Position numbers and translations under genes: made by a program. Below, piece after piece: positions 53,385 through 63,900 of a stretch of 64,000 nucleotides of DNA. Position 1 is the first letter of the stretch; every line of letters starts with the position of its first letter. This stretch comes from Chthoniobacterales bacterium (lineage in GTDB: Bacteria; Verrucomicrobiota; Verrucomicrobiia; Chthoniobacterales; Chthoniobacteraceae), in the NCBI GenBank assembly GCA_038207335.1, contig JBBQZX010000029.1, positions 1-64,000 of the forward strand, in the 5' to 3' direction. The notes below the pieces were generated by a model. It was not told where the DNA came from. It made no database searches and saw nothing but the letters and a program-made list of their open reading frames with translations.

Positions 53385-53693
53385 TTCTCTGAAAATCTCC
53401 TCCTTTTCGGAGGTCAAAACGGTGTCTGTGCTAGAATTTGTGCCTGAAGCAGCGGCGCAAAACGCATTGAAACGCAAAGCGGTGGTGCTCCGAAATCGGC
53501 TAAAAACTCAACACGACGCGCAGCTTATTCGCGTCGGCGATTCGCGCAATCGCCGAGTGTCGGAAATCTGCGCGTGCGAATGCCGTTTCTGCGTTTTCAT
53601 CAGTGTCTGCGGGGCGCTGTATGTCGCGCCGATGGAGACGAGGCTTGGAGTGCCGAGCGTCGGCTGTATGATCGCGCCGATTGGATTGATGCC

Positions 53694-54860
53694 ATGAACG
53701 CTACCCGCCTCTCTGGACTCACTCTTCTCGTGGTGTGTGTGGGAGGGGCGGCTTGGTGGTGGTCGAGCGCGCGATTTGCTTCCCCAAAGTCACTCGTTTC
53801 CAGCGATTCACGGCAAACCGGTAATGGTGTGACGACCCCGCTCGCGGTGAAGGCAACGCCGGCATCCACCTCTGAGGCCAAGGCGACCCTCCTCGACGAC
53901 TTCGTGGACCGGCTCAACGGCGCAAACGCTCCAGCCGCGAGCCGGGAAATCCTCACGGCATTGCGGACTCTGCTCGATTCGCTTCCCCGAGAGGTTGCTT
54001 CGCACGAAGCGCTGGCATTTCTCGCCGGGCAAAAGGACGCCGGGACCAAGCTGGACGTCACCGTCAAGCCCGGCGGTACGCTCGGGGATGCGTCGTCGCT
54101 GCGTGTCTTTTTGCTCGATTACCTCGGACAGATCGACCGGCCCGCCGCCGCTGTGCTGGGAAAGCAAATCCTCAGCACGCCTGACTCGCCGGATGAATGG
54201 GCGGTGAGTCTGCGGAATGTCGCGTGGGGCGATGATACGCCGGCCAATCTCGACTATCTCCGCGCGAAGGCCCGCGAAATGATTTCCAATCCAAAGTGGC
54301 GGCAGAATCCCTCCGCCGGCTTTTTGGAAGCGTTCGACGTCATCGTTCATGCGAAAGGATTCAACCTCGTGCCACAACTGACCGAACTGGTGCGCGACAA
54401 GGAAAACCGCGCCGTGGGCCACGCGGCCTACCTCACGCTGGACCGGCTCACCATCGCCGATCCTGCGGCGGCTCTCGCTCCGCTCGCCGCGCACCCGGAG
54501 TGGATGGAAGGCCGCGAACAGACGCGCGCCAATTTCTTTGCCCGCGCCGACGTAAACGACCCGCGGCAAAAGGCACTGCTCGAAAGCTACCTCCTCGATC
54601 CGCACCGGTCCGCGCTGGAGTTGCAGACCTTCGCGGGGCTCTACCCGAATGCGAACTACATGATTTCCAACAATCTGCTCTCCGAAACCTCCACGCCCAC
54701 GAACACGGAACTGGCGGCGCGAGACCGGGCGGCGCTCGAGGTTTTGGATTCGTGGCTGAATGATTCGCGTTTTGCCCGCCTTCTGCCTCAACTCGAAGCG
54801 ACACGCGCAAGGCTGCAATCCTTCGTCCAGCAGGCGTCACCATTGAAATCGTCACCGTGA
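53694..54860 (+). CDS. N-terminally membrane-anchored helical hypothetical protein
   Basis: TM segment LTLLVVCVGGAAWWW, S/T/A linker, then an amphipathic helical body; 388 aa. Confidence 0.75.
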   Translation: MNATRLSGLTLLVVCVGGAAWWWSSARFASPKSLVSSDSRQTGNGVTTPLAVKATPASTSEAKATLLDDFVDRLNGANAPAASREILTALRTLLDSLPREVASHEALAFLAGQKDAGTKLDVTVKPGGTLGDASSLRVFLLDYLGQIDRPAAAVLGKQILSTPDSPDEWAVSLRNVAWGDDTPANLDYLRAKAREMISNPKWRQNPSAGFLEAFDVIVHAKGFNLVPQLTELVRDKENRAVGHAAYLTLDRLTIADPAAALAPLAAHPEWMEGREQTRANFFARADVNDPRQKALLESYLLDPHRSALELQTFAGLYPNANYMISNNLLSETSTPTNTELAARDRAALEVLDSWLNDSRFARLLPQLEATRARLQSFVQQASPLKSSP

Positions 54861-54951
54861 TTCAATGGAGAAGGGCATTGCGAGGGCCTGATTGGGACCG
54901 GGTTTCCCTTTTGACTTCGCATCAATGTGTTCCATCTTCGCGCGGCTTCCC

Positions 54952-57900
54952 ATGAAGAACTCGCGTCCTCCTTGCTCATTCTCTTGGGCTTTGATGGTCT
55001 TGATTGCGTCCGTCGTGACGCTGTTTCCTTCCCTCGTTCGAGCACAGTCTGTCCCCGCCACACTGCCGAATCTTCGGCTCTCGAAAGCGGGCGCAGTAAC
55101 AACGATGGTGGTGCAGGCCGACGGAAAGGTCATCATCGGGGGGCGGTTCACACTCGTGAACGGCGAACCGCGCGCAGGTCTCGCTCGGCTGAATCGCGAC
55201 GGCTCGCTGGACACGACTTTCGGCGTGGATCTGGATGTTTTTGGCGACGTCACTGCGCTCGTGATCGAGGGCGATCACCTCTACGTCGGCGGCCGCTTCG
55301 ACTTCGTCGGACAGGTGCGCCGGAGCCATCTCGCGCGGCTGATTCTGTCGGAAGGAGGCCGGGTCGATCCGACATGGGATAATTCAGTAAATGGGAATAA
55401 CGGCGTGGGCGCTCTCGCAATGGATGCGGGACATCTCTACGTCGGCGGGGATTTTACAAAAATCGGCGGGGTCGCGCGGCGGCATCTCGCGCGAATCTCC
55501 CTTGCCTCGGGCTTGGTCGATCATGGCTGGACGGCTGATGTGAGCCGGGGAGATCGCCTCGCCATCCCCGTGGCTTGTCTTCAAGTGGACGGTCCGTGGC
55601 TCTATGTGGGCGGTGTCTTCAACGCGATCGGTGGCAAAGTCCGCAAGAGCCTGGCCCGGGTTGCCCTTGCTGGAAAAGGAACGGTCGATGCCGGATGGCG
55701 CCTTGATGTCAGGGCAGAGCACATTTCCATCGCGGCCGTAAACGCAATCTCGGTGGAAGGAGCGACGGTCTTCATCAATGCGTACCTGCAGATCCGAGTG
55801 CCGGCCTCCCGGCCCGCTGGAACCTTGATCACACAGCCTCTCGTCAAATTCCAGACCGACGCCCAAGGTCATCTTGTCCGGGTGCCGGAATGGGTGCCCC
55901 CCGATAACGTTGACGTTGGCCTTCGCTCTCTCGTCCGCGTCGGAAATACGCTGATTGTTCCTGGGAGGATCGGAGGCCAGCCGTTCAAGATCGACGTGGA
56001 CAGCGGATTGGTGGATGCGGACTGGGTGCCGCGGATCAGCGGGTCCGTCGGGTTTGTCGCCGTGGACGGCGGGCAGGTTTATGCAGGCGGAAATTTCGAG
56101 ACGGTGAATGGCTCGGTGCATCTCAGCGTGGCTCGGCTGCGAGGCGATAACGGGCGCGGCGATCCGACCTTCAACGCGCAAGCCGGGGACACGGGCGATG
56201 TGAAGGCGCTGGCCGAGCAGCCGGATGGGAAAATTCTCGTGGGCGGCGATTTCAGTTTTGTCGGCAACGTGCCGCGCCGGCACTTGCTGCGGCTCAATGG
56301 CGACGGTTCGCTCGACCCGCTTTGGAACCCCGACGTTTCCGGGGATGTGTCGACGATCGCGGTGGCGGGGGACTCGATTTTCATCGCTGGCACCTTCGAT
56401 ACCGTCGGCGGACAGCCCCGGCTGGCTCTGGCGAAATTGAGCGCCACTGGGAGCGACGAACCCGATCCCGCGTGGCGTGCGGACTGCCTCGGGAATCCAT
56501 CCACGACGGGGGTTTCTCCCGCGACGCCGAAGCAGATCGCGACGGATGGAATTCACCTCTACGTCAGCGGCTACTTTGCCACCATCGGCGGTGTGCAGAG
56601 GTCCGGCCTCGCGCGCGTCTCGCTAACCGGCACCGGGGTAGTCGATCCGCTTTGGGCCCCAGTGCTGCCGTTCACCTCGCTGCAGTCCACCGCATACCCG
56701 GGCACCTTTGCGCTAGGTTCCGAGTCCCTCTTCATCGCCGCCAGCTATCCCGTGGATCCTGACAAAGTGCTGCGGAAGGTCAGCTTGCAAGGCACCGGCG
56801 CCGTGGACCCGCTTTGGAAGCCGAAGGTGGGCGTGCTCCCGGAGGGCTACAATGGACCGGTGTCGGCTCTGGCGCTGCAAGGCCAGGATCTCTTTGTCGG
56901 AGGATACTTTACCCAAATCGCCGGTAAGACTCGCAAAGGATTGGCAAAAATCTCAACCATGGGAAGTGGCGTCGTGGATTCCGCTTGGGACGCGAAGCTC
57001 GGGCTCAGCGCAGGCTACTACCCGCCCTCACCGGAGATCACGACGCTCCGGGTCAATGGCGACGTGATCTATGCTGCGGGGTCGTTCGATCGCGTCGATG
57101 GCCAAGTCGTCCGCGATGTCATCGGGGTCGATGCGAGCACCGGTGCGCTGCGTCGCAGTTACGGCTATTTCACTGCCTCCTTGCCGTCCACGCTCCTTCC
57201 CCGCGGAAACGATCTGCTCGTTGCCGGCCCTTTTATCAAGGAGGGGGACTTCTACCATCCTACCAAGAGCGGTCTCGTCCTCGCTCCAATCGCTCTCGCG
57301 CCGGTGCTCACGGGCGATGCGAACGACCCCTACACTTTCTACATCGCGCCGAATGCGGCGGATGGGTCGGAGGTCACGCACTTCCAGTTGCAGGTCGATG
57401 CGGTGCTCGGGGGGCAAATGTTTCTACCGGATGGGGTGACGCCGGTCCCCAGCGAGAGCTTCGTCACCCGGGAGCAGGGGCGGGCGGGGTTGAAGTTTGT
57501 GCCGGCGACGGGGTCGCAGGGGGCTGGGACAGTGGTCGCATTGGCGGGCGTGAATGCAACGAGCGAAGGGCTCGGCTCGGAGTCGTCCACGCTGACGCTT
57601 TCCTCCACAATCAATGTCCCGATTTTCGAACTGAGCAGTGACCACTACTCGGTGCGCGAGCGGGATGGCGCTGTCGTCATCACCGTTCTGAATCGCAATG
57701 GCCTCGCGGGCCAAGTCGCCTACACTCTTACCGACCAGACAGCGCGCGCCGGAATCGACTTCGACGCGGCGGCAAGCAACGGCGTGCTCGATTTCACGGC
57801 GGGCCAGACCAGCCGGACGATCACCGTGCCGATCACGGACAACGGAATCGCGACCGGCGACCGCGTCTTTCTCGTCACGCTCTCGTCCACGGCTGCAGCA

Positions 57901-60882
57901 CCCAATCGTTTCGCCTCGAGGTCCCTCGTGGCGAATGGATCGAGCATCGCCGCAGCACCCGCCAGTCCGCCGCTCGGCATCGTGGGACTGCGCAGCGGTG
58001 CGGAGGTGGTGATCTTTGACAGCGACTTTGCCGGCGGACGCACGGGCTCATTGCTCGAAGTCGTCGCGCCCTCCCCAGCGCCTTCCGCTCTCGGCACGAT
58101 CTCCCTCGCACTCAATCCGGCCACACCCGGCCAGTGGCGGCTCGTCGGCGATTTCGTGTGCCGCGAAAGTGGGGCGACGATGACCGGGCTGACGCGCGGA
58201 AACTTTGACATCGAGTTCCGCTCCGCGCTGGGATTTCGCGACGTGCCGCCCATCCCGGTCGCGCTGCAAAGCGGCACGCATTACTCTGAGGCGGTGGATT
58301 ACGCGCCACTGAGCGCGCCGCCGCAGCCGGGTGATTTCACGGTCACGCTGCGGCCCAATTATCTCGCCACCGCAAGCGACATCGCCCAACGCGCGCAGTG
58401 GCGGCGCGAGGGTGAAGCGACATGGCACGACAGCGGCGAAGTCGTCCCCGGCATCGACGAAGGGGTTTACACGATTGAGTTCAAGCACCTAGACGGCTTC
58501 GACGAGCCGACGCCGCTGCTCGCGGTCATCGGCGCGAACCAACTCAGCGCCGTCTCCGTCAACTACCGCCTCGCCGAAACCCAGTCCGGTGCCGCGCCCG
58601 CCGCGCTGACATTTGCCGAGACGACAAACCGGCCGTTTGAGTTTGGCGGGCAGGTCCAGACGGGGCGCGGCTTTGGCTCGGGCTTTGTGGTCGATACGCG
58701 CACCGTGCTCACCGCCGCCCATGTGCTTTTCGACGACGAGGCCCTCGGCTACGTGCCCACCGTGCGCTGGCTTTTTCAAAAAACGCGCGGCGAATTCGAA
58801 CCGGAGCCTCTGACCCCGCGCGGGTGGTATGTCTTCGAGGGATACGCCGCGCAACGCCTCGGGGATCGCACAGACCGTGCTTTCGAGGCGAATGAGGCCT
58901 CGCCCGAGTCGCGTCATCTGGACGCCGCTGCGCTCTATTTTTTCACCGACACCCAGGCTCCCGGACGCGGCGGCTACGGCGGATTCCTGATCTCCGACAC
59001 CGATGAAAATGAATGGCTCACCAGCGCCCGCGCGAAGCGGCTGTCGGGCTACCCGATGGAAGGCGTGGCGGAGGATGCTCGCGGCCGTATGCACGCCACC
59101 CCGGAGTTGAGCGGCGCGCTCAGTCGGGTCAATGGCCGGGTCTTCCGCACGAGCGAATATCACGGGCTTGCCGGCATGAGCGGCGGCCCGCTGCTCGTCT
59201 CCGCGGACGATGCACAATTCTATCCCGCAGCAATTTTCCTCCACAGCGGGGGCGAGACGTTTGTCCGGGCGATCGATTCCGATGTTCTCGGCTTGATCAA
59301 TCGTGCCCAAACGTCGGCGAGTAGCGGAGGCAACAGCGCCAGCGGCGGCATCACTGTCGTTTCACCGAATTTTACGACGACTCGCTTTGCCCCGTGCCAG
59401 CTTCGGGTTTTGCTTCGGACGCCCGGCGGAACGCCGATGCTTCAGGGGGGGTGGATTGTCGAAGGGCTGCGGAGCTATCAACCGACGGACACGACGGTCA
59501 CCCTCAATGAACCCAAGCACTACATCGTCCGCTTTCTCCCGGTCGATGGCTTCGCGACTCCGCCTCCGATCGAAGTGGCGCTCGCGGATCATCAACTGAC
59601 GACGCGCTCCACCATTTACCATGTCGGATACAAATACACCCTCACCAGTGCCGATCAGAAACAGGGCACGGTCGGGCCGTCGCTTTACGAGCAAGCCGCC
59701 AACGCTACCGCGACCGCCCAACAAGGTGCCGTCGCCACTGTCTTCGCCCGTCCCAACAAAGACTACGCGTTTGACCATTGGACGGATGGTTCGGGCGCTA
59801 CCGTGAGTTTCGCCGCTAAATATCAGTTCCCTGCGACGACGAATCGCACCCTCGTCGCATACTTTCAACCCGGACCATTTATACCCTATCGAGGAAGTTA
59901 TGAGGGTCTGATCGGCTTGATCACAATGAACGGCCCTGGCACCAATCCGGATGGCGGCTTCACTCTGAATTTGGATGGAGGTGGTCGATACACCGGAATC
60001 GTCAAGCTTCAGGGAAAACGCTACGCAATCAAAGGACGGTTCAGCGAAAACGGGAGCGCGACGTACGCTTTAAACACGACTCCTCCTCTCGTGGTGGAGT
60101 TAAAGATCGATCTCGAAAACGGGACAAACCAAATCAAGGTGATTTTCCGGGACGGTGACGCGGAGCTCGCGCAATCCAGTCTCAACTTGGCTACTCCTTT
60201 TGACGGAAAAACACCGCAGACGACCACGCCGCTGAAAGGCAGCTACACTTTCGCCATCCCCCACCGAGCGACCCAGGGAGTGCCGCAGGGCGATGGCTAT
60301 GGAACAGTGGTAGTGGATGCGAAGGGACGCGCGCGCGCCGCAGGTAAACTCGGCGACGGAACTGCCTTCGCGGCCGGCGCGCGGCTGGTGAGCAGATCGC
60401 AATTTTCCCTGTTCGCGCCCCTTTACGGGAAGCTCGGTGCCGTCGCAGGGTTATTCACGTTCGATGACGCTCCGCCCGGGAGTGATATTACAGCACCGTT
60501 CGCCTGGTCCCGCCCGACCTTACGCGACGGCACTCCGGCGCTCCAAACATCGCTCATCCTCTCCGGGTCGCGATACGCGTCGCCTGCGTTCGACTTTTCC
60601 GCTGCTACATTCTCTGTGTCTGGCGGTGCCCTTACTCCTCCTGTCCCTGTAAAATCGATCACCCTCGATCCAGCAAAGAACCGCGGCAGCGGCGTGGCGG
60701 GGGATGGATTTTCCATCCGAGTAGCCCCTGCCACTGGTTTACTTTCCGGGAGTTTTCTCGACCCGACGGGCAAGCCCCGTCCTTTCTTCGGAGCACTTCT
60801 GCAGAAATCGCGGACCGGGCAGGGCTTTTTCCGTGGCCCAGCGGGTCAATTAGGCTCCTTCGAACTGATTGCGATCCCGTAG
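54952..60882 (+). CDS. About 1976-aa secreted multidomain protein: delta-60-like propeller repeats, Calx-beta, trypsin-like serine protease, beta-sandwich repeats, unassigned C-terminal domain
   Basis: Signal peptide; QADGKVIIGGRF...LNRDGSLDTTF; YSVRERDG...TARAGIDF...LDFTAGQTSRTITVPITDN; LTAAHV / LDAAAL / GMSGGPL; YAFDHWTD. Confidence 0.88.
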   Translation: MKNSRPPCSFSWALMVLIASVVTLFPSLVRAQSVPATLPNLRLSKAGAVTTMVVQADGKVIIGGRFTLVNGEPRAGLARLNRDGSLDTTFGVDLDVFGDVTALVIEGDHLYVGGRFDFVGQVRRSHLARLILSEGGRVDPTWDNSVNGNNGVGALAMDAGHLYVGGDFTKIGGVARRHLARISLASGLVDHGWTADVSRGDRLAIPVACLQVDGPWLYVGGVFNAIGGKVRKSLARVALAGKGTVDAGWRLDVRAEHISIAAVNAISVEGATVFINAYLQIRVPASRPAGTLITQPLVKFQTDAQGHLVRVPEWVPPDNVDVGLRSLVRVGNTLIVPGRIGGQPFKIDVDSGLVDADWVPRISGSVGFVAVDGGQVYAGGNFETVNGSVHLSVARLRGDNGRGDPTFNAQAGDTGDVKALAEQPDGKILVGGDFSFVGNVPRRHLLRLNGDGSLDPLWNPDVSGDVSTIAVAGDSIFIAGTFDTVGGQPRLALAKLSATGSDEPDPAWRADCLGNPSTTGVSPATPKQIATDGIHLYVSGYFATIGGVQRSGLARVSLTGTGVVDPLWAPVLPFTSLQSTAYPGTFALGSESLFIAASYPVDPDKVLRKVSLQGTGAVDPLWKPKVGVLPEGYNGPVSALALQGQDLFVGGYFTQIAGKTRKGLAKISTMGSGVVDSAWDAKLGLSAGYYPPSPEITTLRVNGDVIYAAGSFDRVDGQVVRDVIGVDASTGALRRSYGYFTASLPSTLLPRGNDLLVAGPFIKEGDFYHPTKSGLVLAPIALAPVLTGDANDPYTFYIAPNAADGSEVTHFQLQVDAVLGGQMFLPDGVTPVPSESFVTREQGRAGLKFVPATGSQGAGTVVALAGVNATSEGLGSESSTLTLSSTINVPIFELSSDHYSVRERDGAVVITVLNRNGLAGQVAYTLTDQTARAGIDFDAAASNGVLDFTAGQTSRTITVPITDNGIATGDRVFLVTLSSTAAAPNRFASRSLVANGSSIAAAPASPPLGIVGLRSGAEVVIFDSDFAGGRTGSLLEVVAPSPAPSALGTISLALNPATPGQWRLVGDFVCRESGATMTGLTRGNFDIEFRSALGFRDVPPIPVALQSGTHYSEAVDYAPLSAPPQPGDFTVTLRPNYLATASDIAQRAQWRREGEATWHDSGEVVPGIDEGVYTIEFKHLDGFDEPTPLLAVIGANQLSAVSVNYRLAETQSGAAPAALTFAETTNRPFEFGGQVQTGRGFGSGFVVDTRTVLTAAHVLFDDEALGYVPTVRWLFQKTRGEFEPEPLTPRGWYVFEGYAAQRLGDRTDRAFEANEASPESRHLDAAALYFFTDTQAPGRGGYGGFLISDTDENEWLTSARAKRLSGYPMEGVAEDARGRMHATPELSGALSRVNGRVFRTSEYHGLAGMSGGPLLVSADDAQFYPAAIFLHSGGETFVRAIDSDVLGLINRAQTSASSGGNSASGGITVVSPNFTTTRFAPCQLRVLLRTPGGTPMLQGGWIVEGLRSYQPTDTTVTLNEPKHYIVRFLPVDGFATPPPIEVALADHQLTTRSTIYHVGYKYTLTSADQKQGTVGPSLYEQAANATATAQQGAVATVFARPNKDYAFDHWTDGSGATVSFAAKYQFPATTNRTLVAYFQPGPFIPYRGSYEGLIGLITMNGPGTNPDGGFTLNLDGGGRYTGIVKLQGKRYAIKGRFSENGSATYALNTTPPLVVELKIDLENGTNQIKVIFRDGDAELAQSSLNLATPFDGKTPQTTTPLKGSYTFAIPHRATQGVPQGDGYGTVVVDAKGRARAAGKLGDGTAFAAGARLVSRSQFSLFAPLYGKLGAVAGLFTFDDAPPGSDITAPFAWSRPTLRDGTPALQTSLILSGSRYASPAFDFSAATFSVSGGALTPPVPVKSITLDPAKNRGSGVAGDGFSIRVAPATGLLSGSFLDPTGKPRPFFGALLQKSRTGQGFFRGPAGQLGSFELIAIP

Positions 60883-60928
60883 CACGGAGCAGATCGTGGA
60901 CACAATCCTTCGCCTCGACTCAACGCGA

Positions 60929-63900
60929 ATGACGCTCCCTTTCTCGCGCGCAGTGTGGTGCGTCGCGCTTCTGATGCTCTCGCCTTGCGCACATTCCCAG
61001 CAGGCGCCAGCGCAGTTTGCGGAGCTCGTGGAGAAGGAGGAGACGGTGGAGATGCAAAAGCCGGGCACGGCGTGGAAGGTGGCGGACAAGGGGGCGAAGC
61101 TGGCGATCAAGGACAAGCTGCGGACGGGGGAGTTCAGTCGCGCGGTGGTGCGGCTGCTCGATCTGAATTTGCTGCGGGTCGACGAGCTTTCGACCATCGA
61201 GATTTCGGCGCCACTTTCACCGGGTGGAAAAGGCACCCTCGAGGTCAAACAGGGGGGCACTTACTTTTTTAGTCGCGAGAAAGCGCAGGAGATGCAAATC
61301 CGCACACCGGCGGTGAATGGCGCGCTGCGCGGGACGGAATTTGCGCTGCGGGTGGCTGAGAACGGGCGGACGGTGCTGACGATGTTCGAGGGCGAGGTGG
61401 AATTGAGCAATCCGCAGGGGCGCGTGCTGCTGAAGAGCGGCGAGCAGGGCGATGTCGAGGTGGGAGGCGTGCCGCGCAAAACCGCCGTGATCGACGCGGT
61501 GAACATCATCCAGTGGTGTCTCTACTATCCTGGCGTGCTCGATCCGGCAGGACTTGGCTTGAGCGCTGGTGAGGAGCGCGAGCTGACTGCTTCGCTCGCC
61601 GCGTATCGCGCCGGTGACTTGCTCGGGGCGCTCGCGAAGCACCCGCACGCGCGTGTCGATGGTTCGATGGGGGCTCGGCTTTACCGCGCCGCCGTTTTGC
61701 TCTCGGTCGGGCAGGTGGAAAAGGCGCGCGCCGCGATGGTCAGCGTGCCGCCAACACATCCCGGACGGCGCGCGCTGGAGGAAGTGATCGCTGCCGTGAA
61801 ATTCCAGGAATGGCCGCGCGGCCCGGCCCCGCAAACAAGCAGCGAGTGGCTCGCGGAGTCGTACTATCAGCAATCGCGCAGTAGCCTCGAACCGGCGCTG
61901 GCCGCGGCGCGGAAAGCGGTGGAGCTGTCGCCGGAATTCGGCTTCGCGTGGACGCGGGTTGCGGAGCTGGAATTCTCTTTCGGCCGCACAGCACCTTCAC
62001 TGAAAGCACTCGAGCGCGGGCTCGCGCTGGCGCCGCGAAATGCACAGGCGCACGCGCTGCGCGGGTTTTTGCGTAGCGCCCAAAATCGGATCGGTGCGGC
62101 CCGCGAGTCGTTCGACGAAGCCATTGCGCTCGATGGCGCGCTCGGAAATGCGTGGCTCGGGCGCGGGCTGACTTTCATCCGGCAAGGCTACGCGGACGCA
62201 GGCCGGCACGACCTGCAAACGGCGGCGGTGCTCGAGCCGAATCGCTCGATTTTGCGCAGCTATCTGGGCAAGGCATTCAGCCAGACGGGGAACGACGCGA
62301 AGGCGCGCAACGAGTTCGCGCGAGCGGAGGAACTCGACCCGAACGACCCGACGCCGTGGCTCTATTCGGCGATCCAAAACAAGCAGGAAAACCGCTACAA
62401 TGCCGCGGTGCGGGACGTGGAGAAATCGATCGATCTCAACGACAACCGCCGCGTGTATCGCTCGCAGTTTCTGCTCGATCAGGATCGCGGCGTGCGCGGC
62501 ACGAATCTCGCCGCGATCTATCTCAACGAAGGGATGCGCGATGTGAGCGTGCGCGAGGCGGTGCGCGCGGTGGACTCCGATTATTCGAGTGCGGCGGCGC
62601 ATCTTTTTCTCGCGAACAGCTACGACGCGCTGCGCGATCCGACCCGCGTGCTGCTGCGCTATGAGACGCCGTGGTTCAGCGAGCTGCTGCTGGCGAATCT
62701 GCTCGCGCCGGTGGGCGGGGGGCCGCTGTCGCAGTTCGTCTCGCAGCAGGAATACTCGAAGCTTTTCGAAGCCGACGGCTTCGGGATCAGTTCGGTGAGC
62801 GACTACTTTTCGACGGGCGAATTCCGAGAGACCGGCTCGCAATATGGCACGTTTGGAAACCTCAGTTATGCGCTCGACGCAGAGTATCAATCCGACAATG
62901 GCCGGCGTCCGAACAGCGCGATTCAGCGGCTCGAAACGTACGCCACTTTCAAGCTCCAGATCAGCCCGCAGGACACGGTTTTTTTCCAGACGAAATTCGA
63001 AGACCTGCATACCGGCGATGTGCTCCAGCGCTACGATGCGACCGGGCGCGGGCAGAGCGCCGCGGACCGCACGCTCGACTTCCGCGAGAAGCAGACTCCG
63101 GCGCTACTGCTGCTCGGACTGCATCACGAATGGAGCCCCGGCATTCACACGCTGTTGCTGTTCGGCCGACTGGCCAATGAGCAGGCGCTGACCGCGGACT
63201 CGACAAGTCAAACGATCGCGACTCGCGACAGCACTGGTCGAGTCTCCGCCGATTCGCTCGCAAAAGGGGGAGGCAGCGTGACTTACGGGGACGTGCTCGG
63301 CGCGCTTGAGCGCAACGCCGCGGGTCGAGGCAGTGTGCGGTCTTTCGGCGGTCTTCCGTTCGACTTCAGCTACCATCCGAAGTTCGAGACGTTCACGGGC
63401 GAGCTGAATCAAATCGTCACCGCCGGGCCAATGACGTTTATCGTCGGCGGGCGGTATCAAAGCGGCGAATTTCACACGAAGGATGAACTCCTCCATTCGC
63501 GCGATGTCACCGGCTTAAGACCGCGCGGGACTTCCCCGCGAGCACAACTCCGAGTCACCGCTGCGGGCGCCACGGTGCAAATACCAAAATCGGTGAGTCG
63601 CACCCAATTGTCACTCAACCGGGAATCGCTTTCTGAATTCTTCGGCGAGCCGCCGGCGAGCGACGATGTCACGGTCGATTTCCATCGTCTCAGCCTTTAC
63701 GCCTACGACATCTGGCGGCTCGCGCCGTGGCTATCGTTCACGGCTGGCGTGGGCTTCGACCAGATCGAATATCCCGAAAACTTCCGCAGCCCACCGGTCG
63801 ATGATCGCACGACGGAGTTCGACCGAGTTTCGCCGAAGCTCGGCTTCATTCTCACGCCGTTGCGCGGGACGACAATCCGCGGTGCCTACACCGAGTCGAT

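Noticed and set aside
53248..53697. ORFs 53248-53697 (+) and 53256-53477 (-)
   Set aside because: They overlap the tRNA-Leu gene and their peptides are translations of tRNA sequence.
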